In this document: positions 40,329 to 50,857 of the stretch, in pieces
How the letters are laid out: each line of letters opens with the position of its first letter
How positions within the stretch are numbered: the stretch's first letter is position 1
Origin: Promethearchaeota archaeon Loki_b31
Lineage (GTDB): Archaea; Asgardarchaeota; Lokiarchaeia; Sigyniarchaeales; SOKP01
NCBI GenBank assembly: GCA_005222975.1
Contig: NJBI01000002.1
Coordinates: 1-64,000, forward strand
DNA length: 64,000 nt
Direction of reading: 5' to 3'
Notes under the pieces: model-generated
Told to the model about the DNA's origin: nothing
Seen by the model: only the letters and a program-made list of their open reading frames with translations
Database searches by the model: none
Made by a program: the position numbers and the translations under genes

Positions 40329-42635
40329 ATGATAACTACAAGAGAATCAATAAATTTTCAATTTTCTTTAATTTTTGGTTACTCTAGTCCAACAGATTTA
40401 ATAGTTGGTGATGTAATTGGGCCGGGCAAGTTAACTAAAGAAAAAGTTAACGAACTAACGCAAGATGTAATTAAATTCTTGCGTATGTATAACGCTATTC
40501 TAAGAGATTATTCAGGTTCAGAAGTTTTTAGTATTGAATTTGAGTTGTATAATTTTGACGAAAAAGATGCGATGGTTAATATTTATCCAAAATCTATGTT
40601 ATTAATTCCGGGTAAGTTTAAAGACTGTGAAAGTTTATTACTTGCTTTGAAACCGGAAACGGGCTATTTGGATCCTCATAAATCAAGGAAGTCTGTTAAC
40701 CACATTAGTAGACTATTTTTTGAAGTGGAAGAGTTTACGAGTCGGCCCGAATTGGGAACTAGTGATAAAACTCAAGTCCTTAAAAAATTTGCTACGCGTT
40801 TTAGCAAAAAACTTTATGGAGATTTAATTGAAGATAAATGGAATAAAAAATTAATTGGTTTAAGCGTTTCTCTTCCAACCGAGAAAGAAATGTTAATTAC
40901 TTATGCTGCGATAAAATCTGACACCAAATTTCTATGGAATAAAAGACCTATTGAAATGGTATTTTCAAATCATAAATATGAGCGCTTTAAATCTCCATTT
41001 ACGGGCAAATCGATAATTGATCATCTTAAATATACAATATCTGAGCCTAGTGCTAATTTTATAATAGAAAAAACCTTAAAGTTAGGGACTAATCTCCTTA
41101 AATTAGCAAATACGGGGACTATAGATGAAATACAAGATAAGTTAATCTCTTTTTTTATCGTAAAAATCAAAGAAAAACTTGAGAATGTTAAAGAATTACA
41201 TTCTGGAGATTGGGTAATTTCTAATATTGAGAGCATAATAAAAGAATTGGAGTTAAATATTGACAGTTTTTTAAAATACTCTAAAAAATTTCTAACTACG
41301 GGGGAAACTGGAGATTTGTTCGAACTTTTGGATAAATATAACAAATACATTATTAGTATTGCTGGAGATAACCTCAATATTTTTAAAGAACTTTGTCAAT
41401 TTGCAACTGAATCTATTAAGTTATCAATTAGTAGTGGAGAAAGATTTAGAGCTATAGAATTAAGCTCTGTAATCAATTATTTTGCGGAAGTTATTAAGAA
41501 TAGTTTTATGCTAATAATAGAGTCGCTTCCTCAATATCTCTCGAGACGTAGACTAAAAACCTTGACTTATTATTTTAGTGGTAATTTAAGCGAAAAATTC
41601 GATAAAGAACAGAAACCTTCGAAAACTTTAGGTCAAAACATATTAACTAAGTTTGAACAATATTTAATAAGCCAAATAGAAATAAGTCCAAGCGTATTGT
41701 CAAAAGTAAATAAATTCAATGAAGATTCTTTAACAAGAGAATTTAAAAAAATAGTAAATGGGAATATTAAATCGTTCTTTGAAGGGATTAAGTTAAATAT
41801 AAGTGATTTAATTGCCTTTGCAGAAATTCAAATGGAAAAAGACTCGAAGGTAATAAAATCACATATAGTTAAATTTGAGCGATATTCTAACGAACTAAAA
41901 TATTTATTGAATTACATTCTAAGGTACACTACGATAAATCGGTTTTTAAAAGAAGAACCAGATGTTGAAATAACAGACCCAGTAACTTTTTCGAATAGGT
42001 TTCATCGATTCTTAGAAAAGAGAGTTGGTGGGATTGATTTAGCCTGGAAAACTTATGTACTAGAATGGATAAAAGATTATGCTAAGAAATTCTTTAAAAT
42101 AGAAGAAAAAAGAAATTGGTCTTTAGATGAGACCGTATTTGATTTCATAAGATATCTTGAAGAAAGGGAATCAAAAGAGCAAGAACCAGAAAGTTTTCTC
42201 AAGTTATTAGATAAATATATTTTAACCGTCTCAGATGAGATGGAGAAAGAACATTTAATAGATTTTTATAAGCATTATGATTTTTGCATTGATATAAAGA
42301 CAGAATTTCCAAAATACATTCAAAATAATGTTGAAAAGGAAATTAATTTATTAAACATTAATCGAGAAAAAATAATTCCCGTTAAATATTTCAGCATTGA
42401 TGGGGCAGAGCCGTTCTATAATTACATAAAAGAGAGAAAACTGAAGTATTTTTCGAAGTTAATACCAAGGCCTGTATCCTTGATTTTAAAGCATGAATTA
42501 ACAAATGAAGAAAAAGAATTGTTTAATGCTGATTTATATCACACTTTTAATTTTAAATATTGGTATAAAAAAGCCAAATATGATATCGCAGATAATTTTA
42601 AGGAAGTATATCGAGAATGGATAAAAGATTTATGA
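40329..42635 (+). CDS. Large hypothetical protein
   Basis: 768-aa ORF, no recognisable motif. Confidence 0.75.
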   Translation: MITTRESINFQFSLIFGYSSPTDLIVGDVIGPGKLTKEKVNELTQDVIKFLRMYNAILRDYSGSEVFSIEFELYNFDEKDAMVNIYPKSMLLIPGKFKDCESLLLALKPETGYLDPHKSRKSVNHISRLFFEVEEFTSRPELGTSDKTQVLKKFATRFSKKLYGDLIEDKWNKKLIGLSVSLPTEKEMLITYAAIKSDTKFLWNKRPIEMVFSNHKYERFKSPFTGKSIIDHLKYTISEPSANFIIEKTLKLGTNLLKLANTGTIDEIQDKLISFFIVKIKEKLENVKELHSGDWVISNIESIIKELELNIDSFLKYSKKFLTTGETGDLFELLDKYNKYIISIAGDNLNIFKELCQFATESIKLSISSGERFRAIELSSVINYFAEVIKNSFMLIIESLPQYLSRRRLKTLTYYFSGNLSEKFDKEQKPSKTLGQNILTKFEQYLISQIEISPSVLSKVNKFNEDSLTREFKKIVNGNIKSFFEGIKLNISDLIAFAEIQMEKDSKVIKSHIVKFERYSNELKYLLNYILRYTTINRFLKEEPDVEITDPVTFSNRFHRFLEKRVGGIDLAWKTYVLEWIKDYAKKFFKIEEKRNWSLDETVFDFIRYLEERESKEQEPESFLKLLDKYILTVSDEMEKEHLIDFYKHYDFCIDIKTEFPKYIQNNVEKEINLLNINREKIIPVKYFSIDGAEPFYNYIKERKLKYFSKLIPRPVSLILKHELTNEEKELFNADLYHTFNFKYWYKKAKYDIADNFKEVYREWIKDL

Positions 42636-45028
42636 TAAGTGGAGTAAAGCGAAAAACAACTGCTGTAGAAAGCACCTATAGATTTTTTCAGACGATTGAT
42701 CTGATAATTTCGCACTTGAAGCGAGAAGCCGATAAAAAGATAATTTTTGCATTGATTCATACGGCCCCTACATTGCGCTCATTGCTAATTGCTACGGCGG
42801 CAGTACATTTGTACCATTATATGGGTATTAAAGTGCAAGAATCGTTGGAGTCAAACAAATTTACTTTCGATTCAACTAAAGAACTAGAATTAAAAGAAAA
42901 AAAAATTTTGATAGAGGAAGTTGATTCCTTTTTAAAAACATCATTTGAATTGGAAGGAAGCATATTTAACAATATAATTGATTTAGAGAATTTGTTTTTG
43001 ACGCTATTAATTGAAGAAAGAACAGGTGATCTTCAACAAACTCAGAGAGTGAAAAAAATAAACGATATTGAAACCCAAATTGAACGCGAACTGTTAAATA
43101 TTATCTCTAAATTCCCATCCTTTTATTTTTACGATTTTATTGGAGATTTAATTGGGCTTAATGATATTATAAAAAGAGAAATCTTAGAGGAAAGCGCGGG
43201 ACTTAAAAGTACATCGATTGAGATGGAAAAAAAATTAGAAAAAGAGGATAAAGAGGATAAATATATTGAAGTATCCACATTAAATCGCTTAATCGAAAGA
43301 ATGCAAAAGCAGTTTGAGTTCAAATCATACAAGGAGTTACAAGTTCAGACAATGCCCATAAGAATGATAAAAAAAAGAATATTAGAGCATGAATTTAATA
43401 AGTTTCCAATATCAGTTCCAGGATTAAGAAATTACTTAGAAGGAAATAATTTAAAAAAGAGAATAATAAGGTCTATTGAGAGTGCTTTCAAAGAAAATAT
43501 AAATTACGAACAATTTGAAGAGAAAATCCTATCAGAATTAAAATCTGAATTAATAAAGCAATTTAAGACAAATCCAAACGATTTTATTTATTTTCTTCAA
43601 AGTTTATATGAATCTAGTTTTGAAGATATTATTTTTTTAATTAACAAAAGAGGAATTAAGGATATTTTACATTTAATTAATGTCGATTATGAGTTAGTTG
43701 AAAATGTAAAGAAAAATATGATTAGATATAACATTAAAGAGCAAGATTTAATTGCTTTAAACGATAAAAAGAAAAATTTAATTAATTTAGCAAAAAAATC
43801 ATTGTGTAATCTTAAATTTCCCTTTCTTGAAAACATAATTGCAAAATTTGGCAATTTTACAGAATTTAACCTGTTAAAAATTCTTTATAGAAATGATGTT
43901 GAACTTGAAGAGTTATGGAAAATTTTAGAGAAGACATTGGGTTTTTCAATTAATGATTTAAGAGAATTCGTAAGGAAAAAGCAAATTATCGACAAAAATT
44001 TTTTCCAAGATTTAGGTTTGAGCAATTATTCCCAAATAATTCTTCTTAATGATTTTGATAAGATTTTGAATAATTTAGTGAAAGATCTATTTTACTTTAT
44101 TTTATCTAAAATTTTAAGACAACTAAGTCGGATCATTGAATTATATGGCATAATTTCAAACGATAAAGCGCTATTTATTTCAGCGTTAAAACGTGCAGGA
44201 AAAACTATAGATATTGAAGATTGGGCTCAAATAAAATTAGAAGAATTAAGCATCGAACGATTGATAAAAAGGCAGAATGAATTAGTTGTTGTTTTTAACG
44301 CTAATAATCAAGTTTTTCTTGTAAATGGTTTTATATTATCACGTTTAACTAATACATCATTAGAGGAAAGCATTTTTGAATTGAAAAATGAAGATAGTTA
44401 TATCTACAAAGAAATTTTACCTTTAAAATTAAAAGCCGACTTAATATCCCCCATTTCATATTGTATCGCCTATGATTTAATTAAAAGATTTGAAAGTTTT
44501 GAAAAAGTAGAGAAAGAAAAAGTTGATATTGCCACAGAAGCTGAAAAGAAAATAGAGAAAGATAAGAAAATAGAAATTCGTAAAATACAAGAAGAAAACA
44601 CTCTTAATTGGATTGAACGGAAAATAACTTCTACTTTAATGGGCATAAATCGTCCTGGTTTGAACCCCCGTCAATTCTATTGGCAAAAAAAAGATACTAA
44701 AATCGCAACAGAACAGATTATAATACATAGCAGGTTAAAAGGTGGCTGCTTTAATAGGTTTTATGAATTTTATCATTTTGCTGTAGAAAAAATTAAATCT
44801 CACATGGTAAATATGAATTTACCTAATTATGACAGAATTAAATCTGATGTCTCAGCTATTATAGATAGAATTTTATCTGAAAGATTGGGTCATGCTCCAA
44901 ATTCTGTTGAAATTGATAAAATTCTTGATGGAGAGAGATACGAAATAGCTAAAGAAATTGTAAAAAAGATTGGGGTACTTTTAGACGACGCAGCTTATTT
45001 AAAATTCAAGAAAAAACCGAAGAAATAA
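42617..45028 (+). CDS. Large hypothetical helical protein (start may be 42632, ATGA overlap)
   Basis: ~800-aa ORF coupled to the upstream gene. Confidence 0.75.
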   Translation: MDKRFMISGVKRKTTAVESTYRFFQTIDLIISHLKREADKKIIFALIHTAPTLRSLLIATAAVHLYHYMGIKVQESLESNKFTFDSTKELELKEKKILIEEVDSFLKTSFELEGSIFNNIIDLENLFLTLLIEERTGDLQQTQRVKKINDIETQIERELLNIISKFPSFYFYDFIGDLIGLNDIIKREILEESAGLKSTSIEMEKKLEKEDKEDKYIEVSTLNRLIERMQKQFEFKSYKELQVQTMPIRMIKKRILEHEFNKFPISVPGLRNYLEGNNLKKRIIRSIESAFKENINYEQFEEKILSELKSELIKQFKTNPNDFIYFLQSLYESSFEDIIFLINKRGIKDILHLINVDYELVENVKKNMIRYNIKEQDLIALNDKKKNLINLAKKSLCNLKFPFLENIIAKFGNFTEFNLLKILYRNDVELEELWKILEKTLGFSINDLREFVRKKQIIDKNFFQDLGLSNYSQIILLNDFDKILNNLVKDLFYFILSKILRQLSRIIELYGIISNDKALFISALKRAGKTIDIEDWAQIKLEELSIERLIKRQNELVVVFNANNQVFLVNGFILSRLTNTSLEESIFELKNEDSYIYKEILPLKLKADLISPISYCIAYDLIKRFESFEKVEKEKVDIATEAEKKIEKDKKIEIRKIQEENTLNWIERKITSTLMGINRPGLNPRQFYWQKKDTKIATEQIIIHSRLKGGCFNRFYEFYHFAVEKIKSHMVNMNLPNYDRIKSDVSAIIDRILSERLGHAPNSVEIDKILDGERYEIAKEIVKKIGVLLDDAAYLKFKKKPKK

Positions 45029-45130
45029 TTAAACACTTCAAAATAAAATAACAAAAATATTAAAATCATCATAATTTAGTTTATATACAAATTTTAATTT
45101 AAAACACCATTAAACGCGTATGATTAAACC

Positions 45131-45397
45131 ATGTCGTGGCTTAAAAAAGAATTGGGCTATATAAAAGATTCATTTTCTCAAGTAATTAAAGGATTTATTC
45201 TTTTTGTTTGCGCAACTTCGGGTTTAGGATGTGCTTTATTATTAAGACATCTAGGGTATAATGGGACAATAATTGCATTTACCGGAATAGTTGTAGAAGC
45301 AATTGGCTTATTTTTGAGCTACTTGTTTTTCCAAAAGCATTTTACGCTAGAAGAAGAAGATGAAGCAATGCAAAAAGGGAAGAAATCATTTAAGTAA
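45131..45397 (+). CDS. Small membrane protein
   Basis: Two hydrophobic segments. Confidence 0.6.
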   Translation: MSWLKKELGYIKDSFSQVIKGFILFVCATSGLGCALLLRHLGYNGTIIAFTGIVVEAIGLFLSYLFFQKHFTLEEEDEAMQKGKKSFK

Positions 45398-45404
45398 ATT
45401 AGAA

Positions 45405-46139
45405 TTATTTTACAAAGTCTTCCCATTTCCTTTTATTAATTCGATGAGAAACCAAATAATCCTTTACTTCTGTTAATAAAATTACGGGGTCATATTCCCA
45501 AGCTTCCGTTTTATTGAAAGAAAGGCATTTAATTTGTTGTAATTCAAATTTTGACTTTATTAAAAGGCCATAAGTAGCAACTTGTGGTAATGAATTCATA
45601 AAGTTTCCTTCTGGTTTATAATCAATCACTTTTACTATGTTGTCCTCAATTTGAATAAGATCTATGTGTCCGGTAATGAAGTTATTGTTAATCTTTTTCC
45701 AGATTGGAACTTCAATTGCGACTGAATTCTTATCTTTGATTAAAATGTTCTTTAAAACAGGTTCGTGACCAGGAACTTTTCCAATTTTATTGGTTTTAAA
45801 ACTTTCAAATACATTTTGCGTGTAATTTGGTAATTTAGAATCTGAACCGAGGTATCGTATTTTTCCTTCTCGAATCAATTTTTTACTGAAACTTGTGATA
45901 AAAGCCGGTTTTAACCCTCTCATTTTAAATTGTGAGACGCGGGAAAGTCCTTGTAAATTGAACAAGTCATTGGGAATTTCTCCTTTATATATTCTCTTAA
46001 AATAGGAACCTAGCTTAATGAATTCTTCTCGATTAGGGTTTTTTTGCAAAATCTTTTCCTTATGATGGGCAATATTCCAATTAAAAGCATAAGGGATGTT
46101 CTGATGTACAAAAATCTTTTTTTTAAGCAAATTTACCAC
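45405..46139 (-). CDS. PD-(D/E)xK nuclease family protein
   Basis: H...IEVPI...GHIDLI...IDYK...QVATY. Confidence 0.8.
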   Translation of the reverse strand: MVNLLKKKIFVHQNIPYAFNWNIAHHKEKILQKNPNREEFIKLGSYFKRIYKGEIPNDLFNLQGLSRVSQFKMRGLKPAFITSFSKKLIREGKIRYLGSDSKLPNYTQNVFESFKTNKIGKVPGHEPVLKNILIKDKNSVAIEVPIWKKINNNFITGHIDLIQIEDNIVKVIDYKPEGNFMNSLPQVATYGLLIKSKFELQQIKCLSFNKTEAWEYDPVILLTEVKDYLVSHRINKRKWEDFVK

Positions 46140-46406
46140 TCAATAATATAGAATCGTATTTTTAGCGGAATTTTAAAATGTATTAACATTTAATATTAAT
46201 AGTGTTCCAAATTTAAAAGAAAATCATATTAACAAATTATTAATTTTTTGTTAGCGAGTAAGATATTTTCAGTTACGAATCGATTGCTATTAACCGTGTT
46301 TAGATTTTTACGAATTTGAAAATAAAGCTTAAATATTTATTAAAATGTCTCTAAACAAAAAATTTAAAGACGATTTTATATTTATTATTATAACTAAAAT
46401 TGAATA

Positions 46407-46481
46407 GGACCTGTAGCCAAGCCTGGATATGGCGTCGGACTTCTAATCCGAAGATCGCAGGTTCGACTCCTGCCAGGTCCG
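46407..46481 (+). tRNA. tRNA-Arg(TCT), intronless, CCA not encoded
   Basis: Acceptor stem GGACCTG/CAGGTCC, anticodon arm TCGGA-CTTCTAA-TCCGA, GTTCGAC T-loop. Confidence 0.96.
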
Positions 46482-46678
46482 CTTCATTAATTCAAAGAAT
46501 TAACTCCTGTTTTTATATTTAAAAACATCATTGATACTAATACCATAATGTGCAAGTTTTTTATGAATCTTGTTTCTATTATACTCTTTTTGATTACTTT
46601 CTAAGATTTATTAAATCGTTCAATAGAGATTTAAAAAAGAAAGGAAAATAATTAGTGGTCTTATAAAGAGCATTGACT

Positions 46679-47836
46679 TCACATAACATGCTTAATTTTT
46701 ACATCCACCACTATCAAATCGGATTTAGGAGAAAACGGTTTAACGATCTTAGAGTTAATTATTTCTTCTATGTACCATCCCATCCTATTTAACTTAGTTA
46801 TTAAATTTTTAATTCCTTTTTCAATTGGATCTGGTTTTTCACAGAATTGATATAAATGTAAAATTCCGCCTGTTTTTTTCATCAGGAAGCATGCTATATC
46901 TACGTAATTAATAGATTGTTCCGGTAAATTCATTATTATTCTATCTAAGCGGTTTTTCAAATTAATTCCTAATTCATTGGATGAATTTATAAGGTCCATG
47001 ACATCGATGTTATAAGCAAGAATTTCTCCTTTCAGTTTATTTAATTCTATATTTTCAATGAGATATTTATATGCCGTTGGATTAATATCGAAAGAATAAA
47101 TTTTTACATGGTTGATTCTTGCTATTTGAATAGAGATTGGCCCAACACCCGCAAACATATCTACGATTAATTCATTTTTTGCAAATTTGAGTAAACTTAA
47201 CCGTTTTCGCTCAAAAACTAATCTTGGCGTGAAATATGTATTTTTTACGTTTAATTTAAAAATACAATTATTTTCTTTATGAAATGTTTCAGGGTTATTT
47301 ACGCCAAAAAGAGGTTGTAATTCTTTTAGCCTATATTTTCCTTTTACTTCGCTCTTTTTCTCGTAGACTGTTTCTACCGTCTTATTCACTTTTGCTATCG
47401 CCTTAGCAATTTTTCTCTTATATAATGAGGTTTTGTCCACACTTAACGAGTTTAATTGGTCAAATTCGATAATAGCAATTTTTCCAATAACATCATAGGA
47501 TTTTGGTATTAAATCTATAATATCTTCTGATAATTCGCCTACTAAAGCTTCTTCAAGGGAGCGAAATTTATAATTTGGATCCATTTCCCCCTTGGCGTTA
47601 ACAATTTCAAAATTTAAATCGTTTACATTGCTTTCATTTAATTTGTTAACATTTTCCTTGTTCTTTATTAAAGGAAAGAGCACATAAGCTCCACTATGTA
47701 TAACTTTTTTTCTTTTATCTATAATATTTTCATCTGAAAATTTTGTTTTAATTAATTTTAGAAATTTTTCAGCGGAATCCTTTTTAATTTTTAAAAATTT
47801 AGTGTTTTCTTTTCCAGTTCTATTCATATGTATCAT
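46679..47836 (-). CDS. Trm5/Tyw2 (Met-10+) tRNA methyltransferase family
   Basis: SYDVIGKIAI, YFTPRL..ER, DMFAGVGP, RIIMNLP. Confidence 0.88.
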   Translation of the reverse strand: MIHMNRTGKENTKFLKIKKDSAEKFLKLIKTKFSDENIIDKRKKVIHSGAYVLFPLIKNKENVNKLNESNVNDLNFEIVNAKGEMDPNYKFRSLEEALVGELSEDIIDLIPKSYDVIGKIAIIEFDQLNSLSVDKTSLYKRKIAKAIAKVNKTVETVYEKKSEVKGKYRLKELQPLFGVNNPETFHKENNCIFKLNVKNTYFTPRLVFERKRLSLLKFAKNELIVDMFAGVGPISIQIARINHVKIYSFDINPTAYKYLIENIELNKLKGEILAYNIDVMDLINSSNELGINLKNRLDRIIMNLPEQSINYVDIACFLMKKTGGILHLYQFCEKPDPIEKGIKNLITKLNRMGWYIEEIINSKIVKPFSPKSDLIVVDVKIKHVM

Positions 47837-48251
47837 TAACCTTGAAAAGTATTGAAATTTGTTTCTTGGAATTAGTTAATTTGCTAATAATATTCCTGTT
47901 CAATTCCCTTGAGGATTTTGTACAATTTATAAGGATGGTTCTATCGCATATATAATTGCTTTTTCGAAAAACCAAATCTTTTTTACTTAGCAAAGTTAAG
48001 TTTTTATTGCCATAGCCGTAAAAAGAATCGGTTGTATCATCTAATTTTATTACGACATCGATCTTTTCCCCGTTCTTTACTTTTTTCTTTAATACTGAAT
48101 TTAAATCATAACAAGATTTTGACGCTTTAATACCCAAAATACAGGTTCCCTTTTTAGTAAGGTAATCGTCCTTAGTTAACTCTATAGTTGTACTATGAGT
48201 ACATTGAATAAGGGGATGGCCAACTGCATTGATTGAGTCTAATATAATCAT
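47820..48251 (-). CDS. DUF371 family protein
   Basis: GHP.I...H.TTIE.TKD..LT..G.CI.G, VFRKS.Y..RT. Confidence 0.85.
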   Translation of the reverse strand: MIILDSINAVGHPLIQCTHSTTIELTKDDYLTKKGTCILGIKASKSCYDLNSVLKKKVKNGEKIDVVIKLDDTTDSFYGYGNKNLTLLSKKDLVFRKSNYICDRTILINCTKSSRELNRNIISKLTNSKKQISILFKVNDTYE

Positions 48252-48254
48252 TTC

Positions 48255-49907
48255 TTATTCTTCCTTTAAAAATTGAAAAAGTTCATCTATTTGTTTAATC
48301 ACACAAGAATTTGATTCGTATATTCTATTTAAGATGCTTTTAAGCCCGTTAATTGGATGTGTGTTTGGAAATTGTGTAGATTCGTTAAATTGGTTAACAT
48401 AAAATTCTGGAATGAGAAGGACACATTTTTTATAATTGTTCGAACGAATTTTTAAAAACGCTTCTGAATTTTTTATGGAATTTTGATAGAAAACATCATT
48501 AATAGAAGAGGAATAGCACGATTCGTATTGTCCCATTGGAAACGAATCGATTAATTCATATGGAATAATCCCGAAAATTATAGAATAAAAAACCAAATGG
48601 ATTTCATTTCTTTGAATAAGTTGATTGTTATTTATTATATTTAACCAGTTACTCATGGTAGGCGAGTTTTTACCTTTTACATCCAATTCGGGTAAAATTA
48701 TTAGATATTTAGCTTCTTTAGGGGGGCGGTAATTGTTAATTATTTTTTGTTCGAAACGATAGATTAAAGGTCTATCTAAACTTTCGGTACACGCATAAAG
48801 CCTTCCATGATTTTTATATACTTTCTCGTAAATCTCAAAAAAAGGTTTATTCTTTTTTATTAGACTGGCGGCTTTCACTAAATTAGGATGAGCTCGAATC
48901 CTTTGTTCGACTAACTCCCATAGATTTCCTTCTCTTATTGCTTGTCTTATCGTTCTTAATTCGGAGAAAGATAAGTATAAGTTGTGCTTTGCGAGTAATT
49001 CAACCCTTAAATTATCTTCAAAATTTTTAATTTCCTTAGGTGTAAATTTTGAGCAAATTGGGCAATGACACGGGAATTCTTTTAATTCTTCAAGATTTTT
49101 AGTACCTGTTGATAAGGAAAAATAGCGATTTTGCTTTGCAAATAATATATATGCTGCCGAATCCATTAAATCACAACCACACGCGACCGCCAAAGAAAAA
49201 TATTGCGGCAATCCTAAACCAAACATGTGAATTGGTTTGTTGGGAGCAATATACTGTTTTACAGTCAATAACATTTGTGTGGTTAATTCAAACCTGTAAT
49301 TTAAAAACGCTTTTACTATTCCGCCGATAGCGTAGACTCCAAAATCTAATTTACTCATTTCGAGTGAGCTTTCTTTCAGCAAGTCTAAATGTTTTCCTCC
49401 GTGTATTGGACCAAACCAATAGCAATCTGAGCGTGATCTCCTTGAAATATTACCTTTTGCCCTTTGAATAGTAGTTAACACTTTTTCCTTTGCAATATCA
49501 TAGTGATCTTCTAATTGAACTGGTATATCTAATATAACAGAAAAATCAGCTCCTATACTTTCTTGAAATTTCTCAATACTATTCGCATCAATATCTAATG
49601 AATCATTATTATACATATATTGTTGAAACGCACCACTATCGGTTGCTATTATTCCATCATAATTTAAATATTCGTGAAGTCCTTTCTGTAGAACTTGAGT
49701 TCTTAAGTTTTCCTTTTTATAAATAATGTATGCGTTAGTAAAAAGACATTGCGCACCAATTTTCTTTAAATTGAGAGGGGAAATAATGTTTTTGTAAGGA
49801 TGTACTACTGGAAATAAATTAGGAGTAAGCATCTCTTTATTGTTTAATTTAATGCTACCTAAACGCGCTAATGCATCGATATCATTTATTTCAAATTTCA
49901 TATTCAA
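48255..49907 (-). CDS. tgtA: tRNA-guanine(15) transglycosylase (archaeosine TGT)
   Basis: TPNLFPV, TDSGAFQ, HMFG, DLMDSAAY, CxCxxC...HN, LWELVE.R.RAHP. Confidence 0.92.
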   Translation of the reverse strand: MNMKFEINDIDALARLGSIKLNNKEMLTPNLFPVVHPYKNIISPLNLKKIGAQCLFTNAYIIYKKENLRTQVLQKGLHEYLNYDGIIATDSGAFQQYMYNNDSLDIDANSIEKFQESIGADFSVILDIPVQLEDHYDIAKEKVLTTIQRAKGNISRRSRSDCYWFGPIHGGKHLDLLKESSLEMSKLDFGVYAIGGIVKAFLNYRFELTTQMLLTVKQYIAPNKPIHMFGLGLPQYFSLAVACGCDLMDSAAYILFAKQNRYFSLSTGTKNLEELKEFPCHCPICSKFTPKEIKNFEDNLRVELLAKHNLYLSFSELRTIRQAIREGNLWELVEQRIRAHPNLVKAASLIKKNKPFFEIYEKVYKNHGRLYACTESLDRPLIYRFEQKIINNYRPPKEAKYLIILPELDVKGKNSPTMSNWLNIINNNQLIQRNEIHLVFYSIIFGIIPYELIDSFPMGQYESCYSSSINDVFYQNSIKNSEAFLKIRSNNYKKCVLLIPEFYVNQFNESTQFPNTHPINGLKSILNRIYESNSCVIKQIDELFQFLKEE

Positions 49908-49928
49908 TCACTTCTAGTTCAGAATTTA

Positions 49929-50522
49929 TCAATCAAAAAATTCTTGTAAACGGTTTTCTTGAAATAATTTTTCTAACCAGTCTACTTTCCCTGCGTAATA
50001 CTTTTCTATATCTTTTTCTTTTATAATATCATCCATTATCGTTTTAGTTATTGATTCAATATTTATTTTTGTGGTATTAATTTCTAATATGGGCGTATCT
50101 AATTGTTTATTCATAAAAAATTTTACGCAGTTTCCTAAAATTTCTGATTGAACATTTTCTCTAATTTTTTCTATTTTATATCCTCTTTTTTTTAACCTTA
50201 TAAATAATTCATCTGGATCACATCTCAATATTATAACCCAATCGATATATCGTTCGGGAACAATGTCTGAAAAATGGCTTTCAATTATTAAAAACTCAAA
50301 ATTTTCTTTTCTATATTTTTCTATTAACTTAATTAAAAAGGGAATTAATTTACTTCTATTTATAATAGATGTTTCTCTTTTAGTGTCATAATCTATTATT
50401 AAATTTTCTGAAATTGCTAATTCATTTAAACTAATTACTTTAAGTTTAAGATAATTAGCGATGTTATTTGAAACAGTAGTTTTTCCCGTTCCTGGGGTGC
50501 CAGAGATCACTAAAATTTTCAT
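49929..50522 (-). CDS. Adenylate kinase AK6/Fap7 family
   Basis: SGTPGTGKTT, IIESH, LRC.P..L..RL..RGY...K..EN..E. Confidence 0.88.
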   Translation of the reverse strand: MKILVISGTPGTGKTTVSNNIANYLKLKVISLNELAISENLIIDYDTKRETSIINRSKLIPFLIKLIEKYRKENFEFLIIESHFSDIVPERYIDWVIILRCDPDELFIRLKKRGYKIEKIRENVQSEILGNCVKFFMNKQLDTPILEINTTKINIESITKTIMDDIIKEKDIEKYYAGKVDWLEKLFQENRLQEFFD

Positions 50523-50857
50523 GTTTAAATAAGTAAAATCATCGGTAAAATATAAAATACATTCACCTAATAATAAGAATATCTTAAAATTTAATTACTG
50601 CTAATAAGAATTATCCGTGTTAAAAAAGAAAGAAAAATAAATGGTGGGCTTACATAGAGCGCTAAAGTAAAATGCTCTTATAAGAAGCACCAAATTATGG
50701 ATTAATATAACCTTGACCTGGCATTACTCTCACTTTAAATATTAATTCGGTTAATTTTCTGATAAATTTAAACAAAAGATGGAAATTTTTTTCATCTTTT
50801 CATTAACTAATTTTCATCTTTTTTATTTAAACTTCGAGTATGATCTTTGAATAATAG

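Noticed and set aside
45405-46481. tRNA-Arg-targeted island containing the PD-(D/E)xK nuclease
   Set aside because: No duplicated tRNA fragment or integrase; flanking genes look chromosomal
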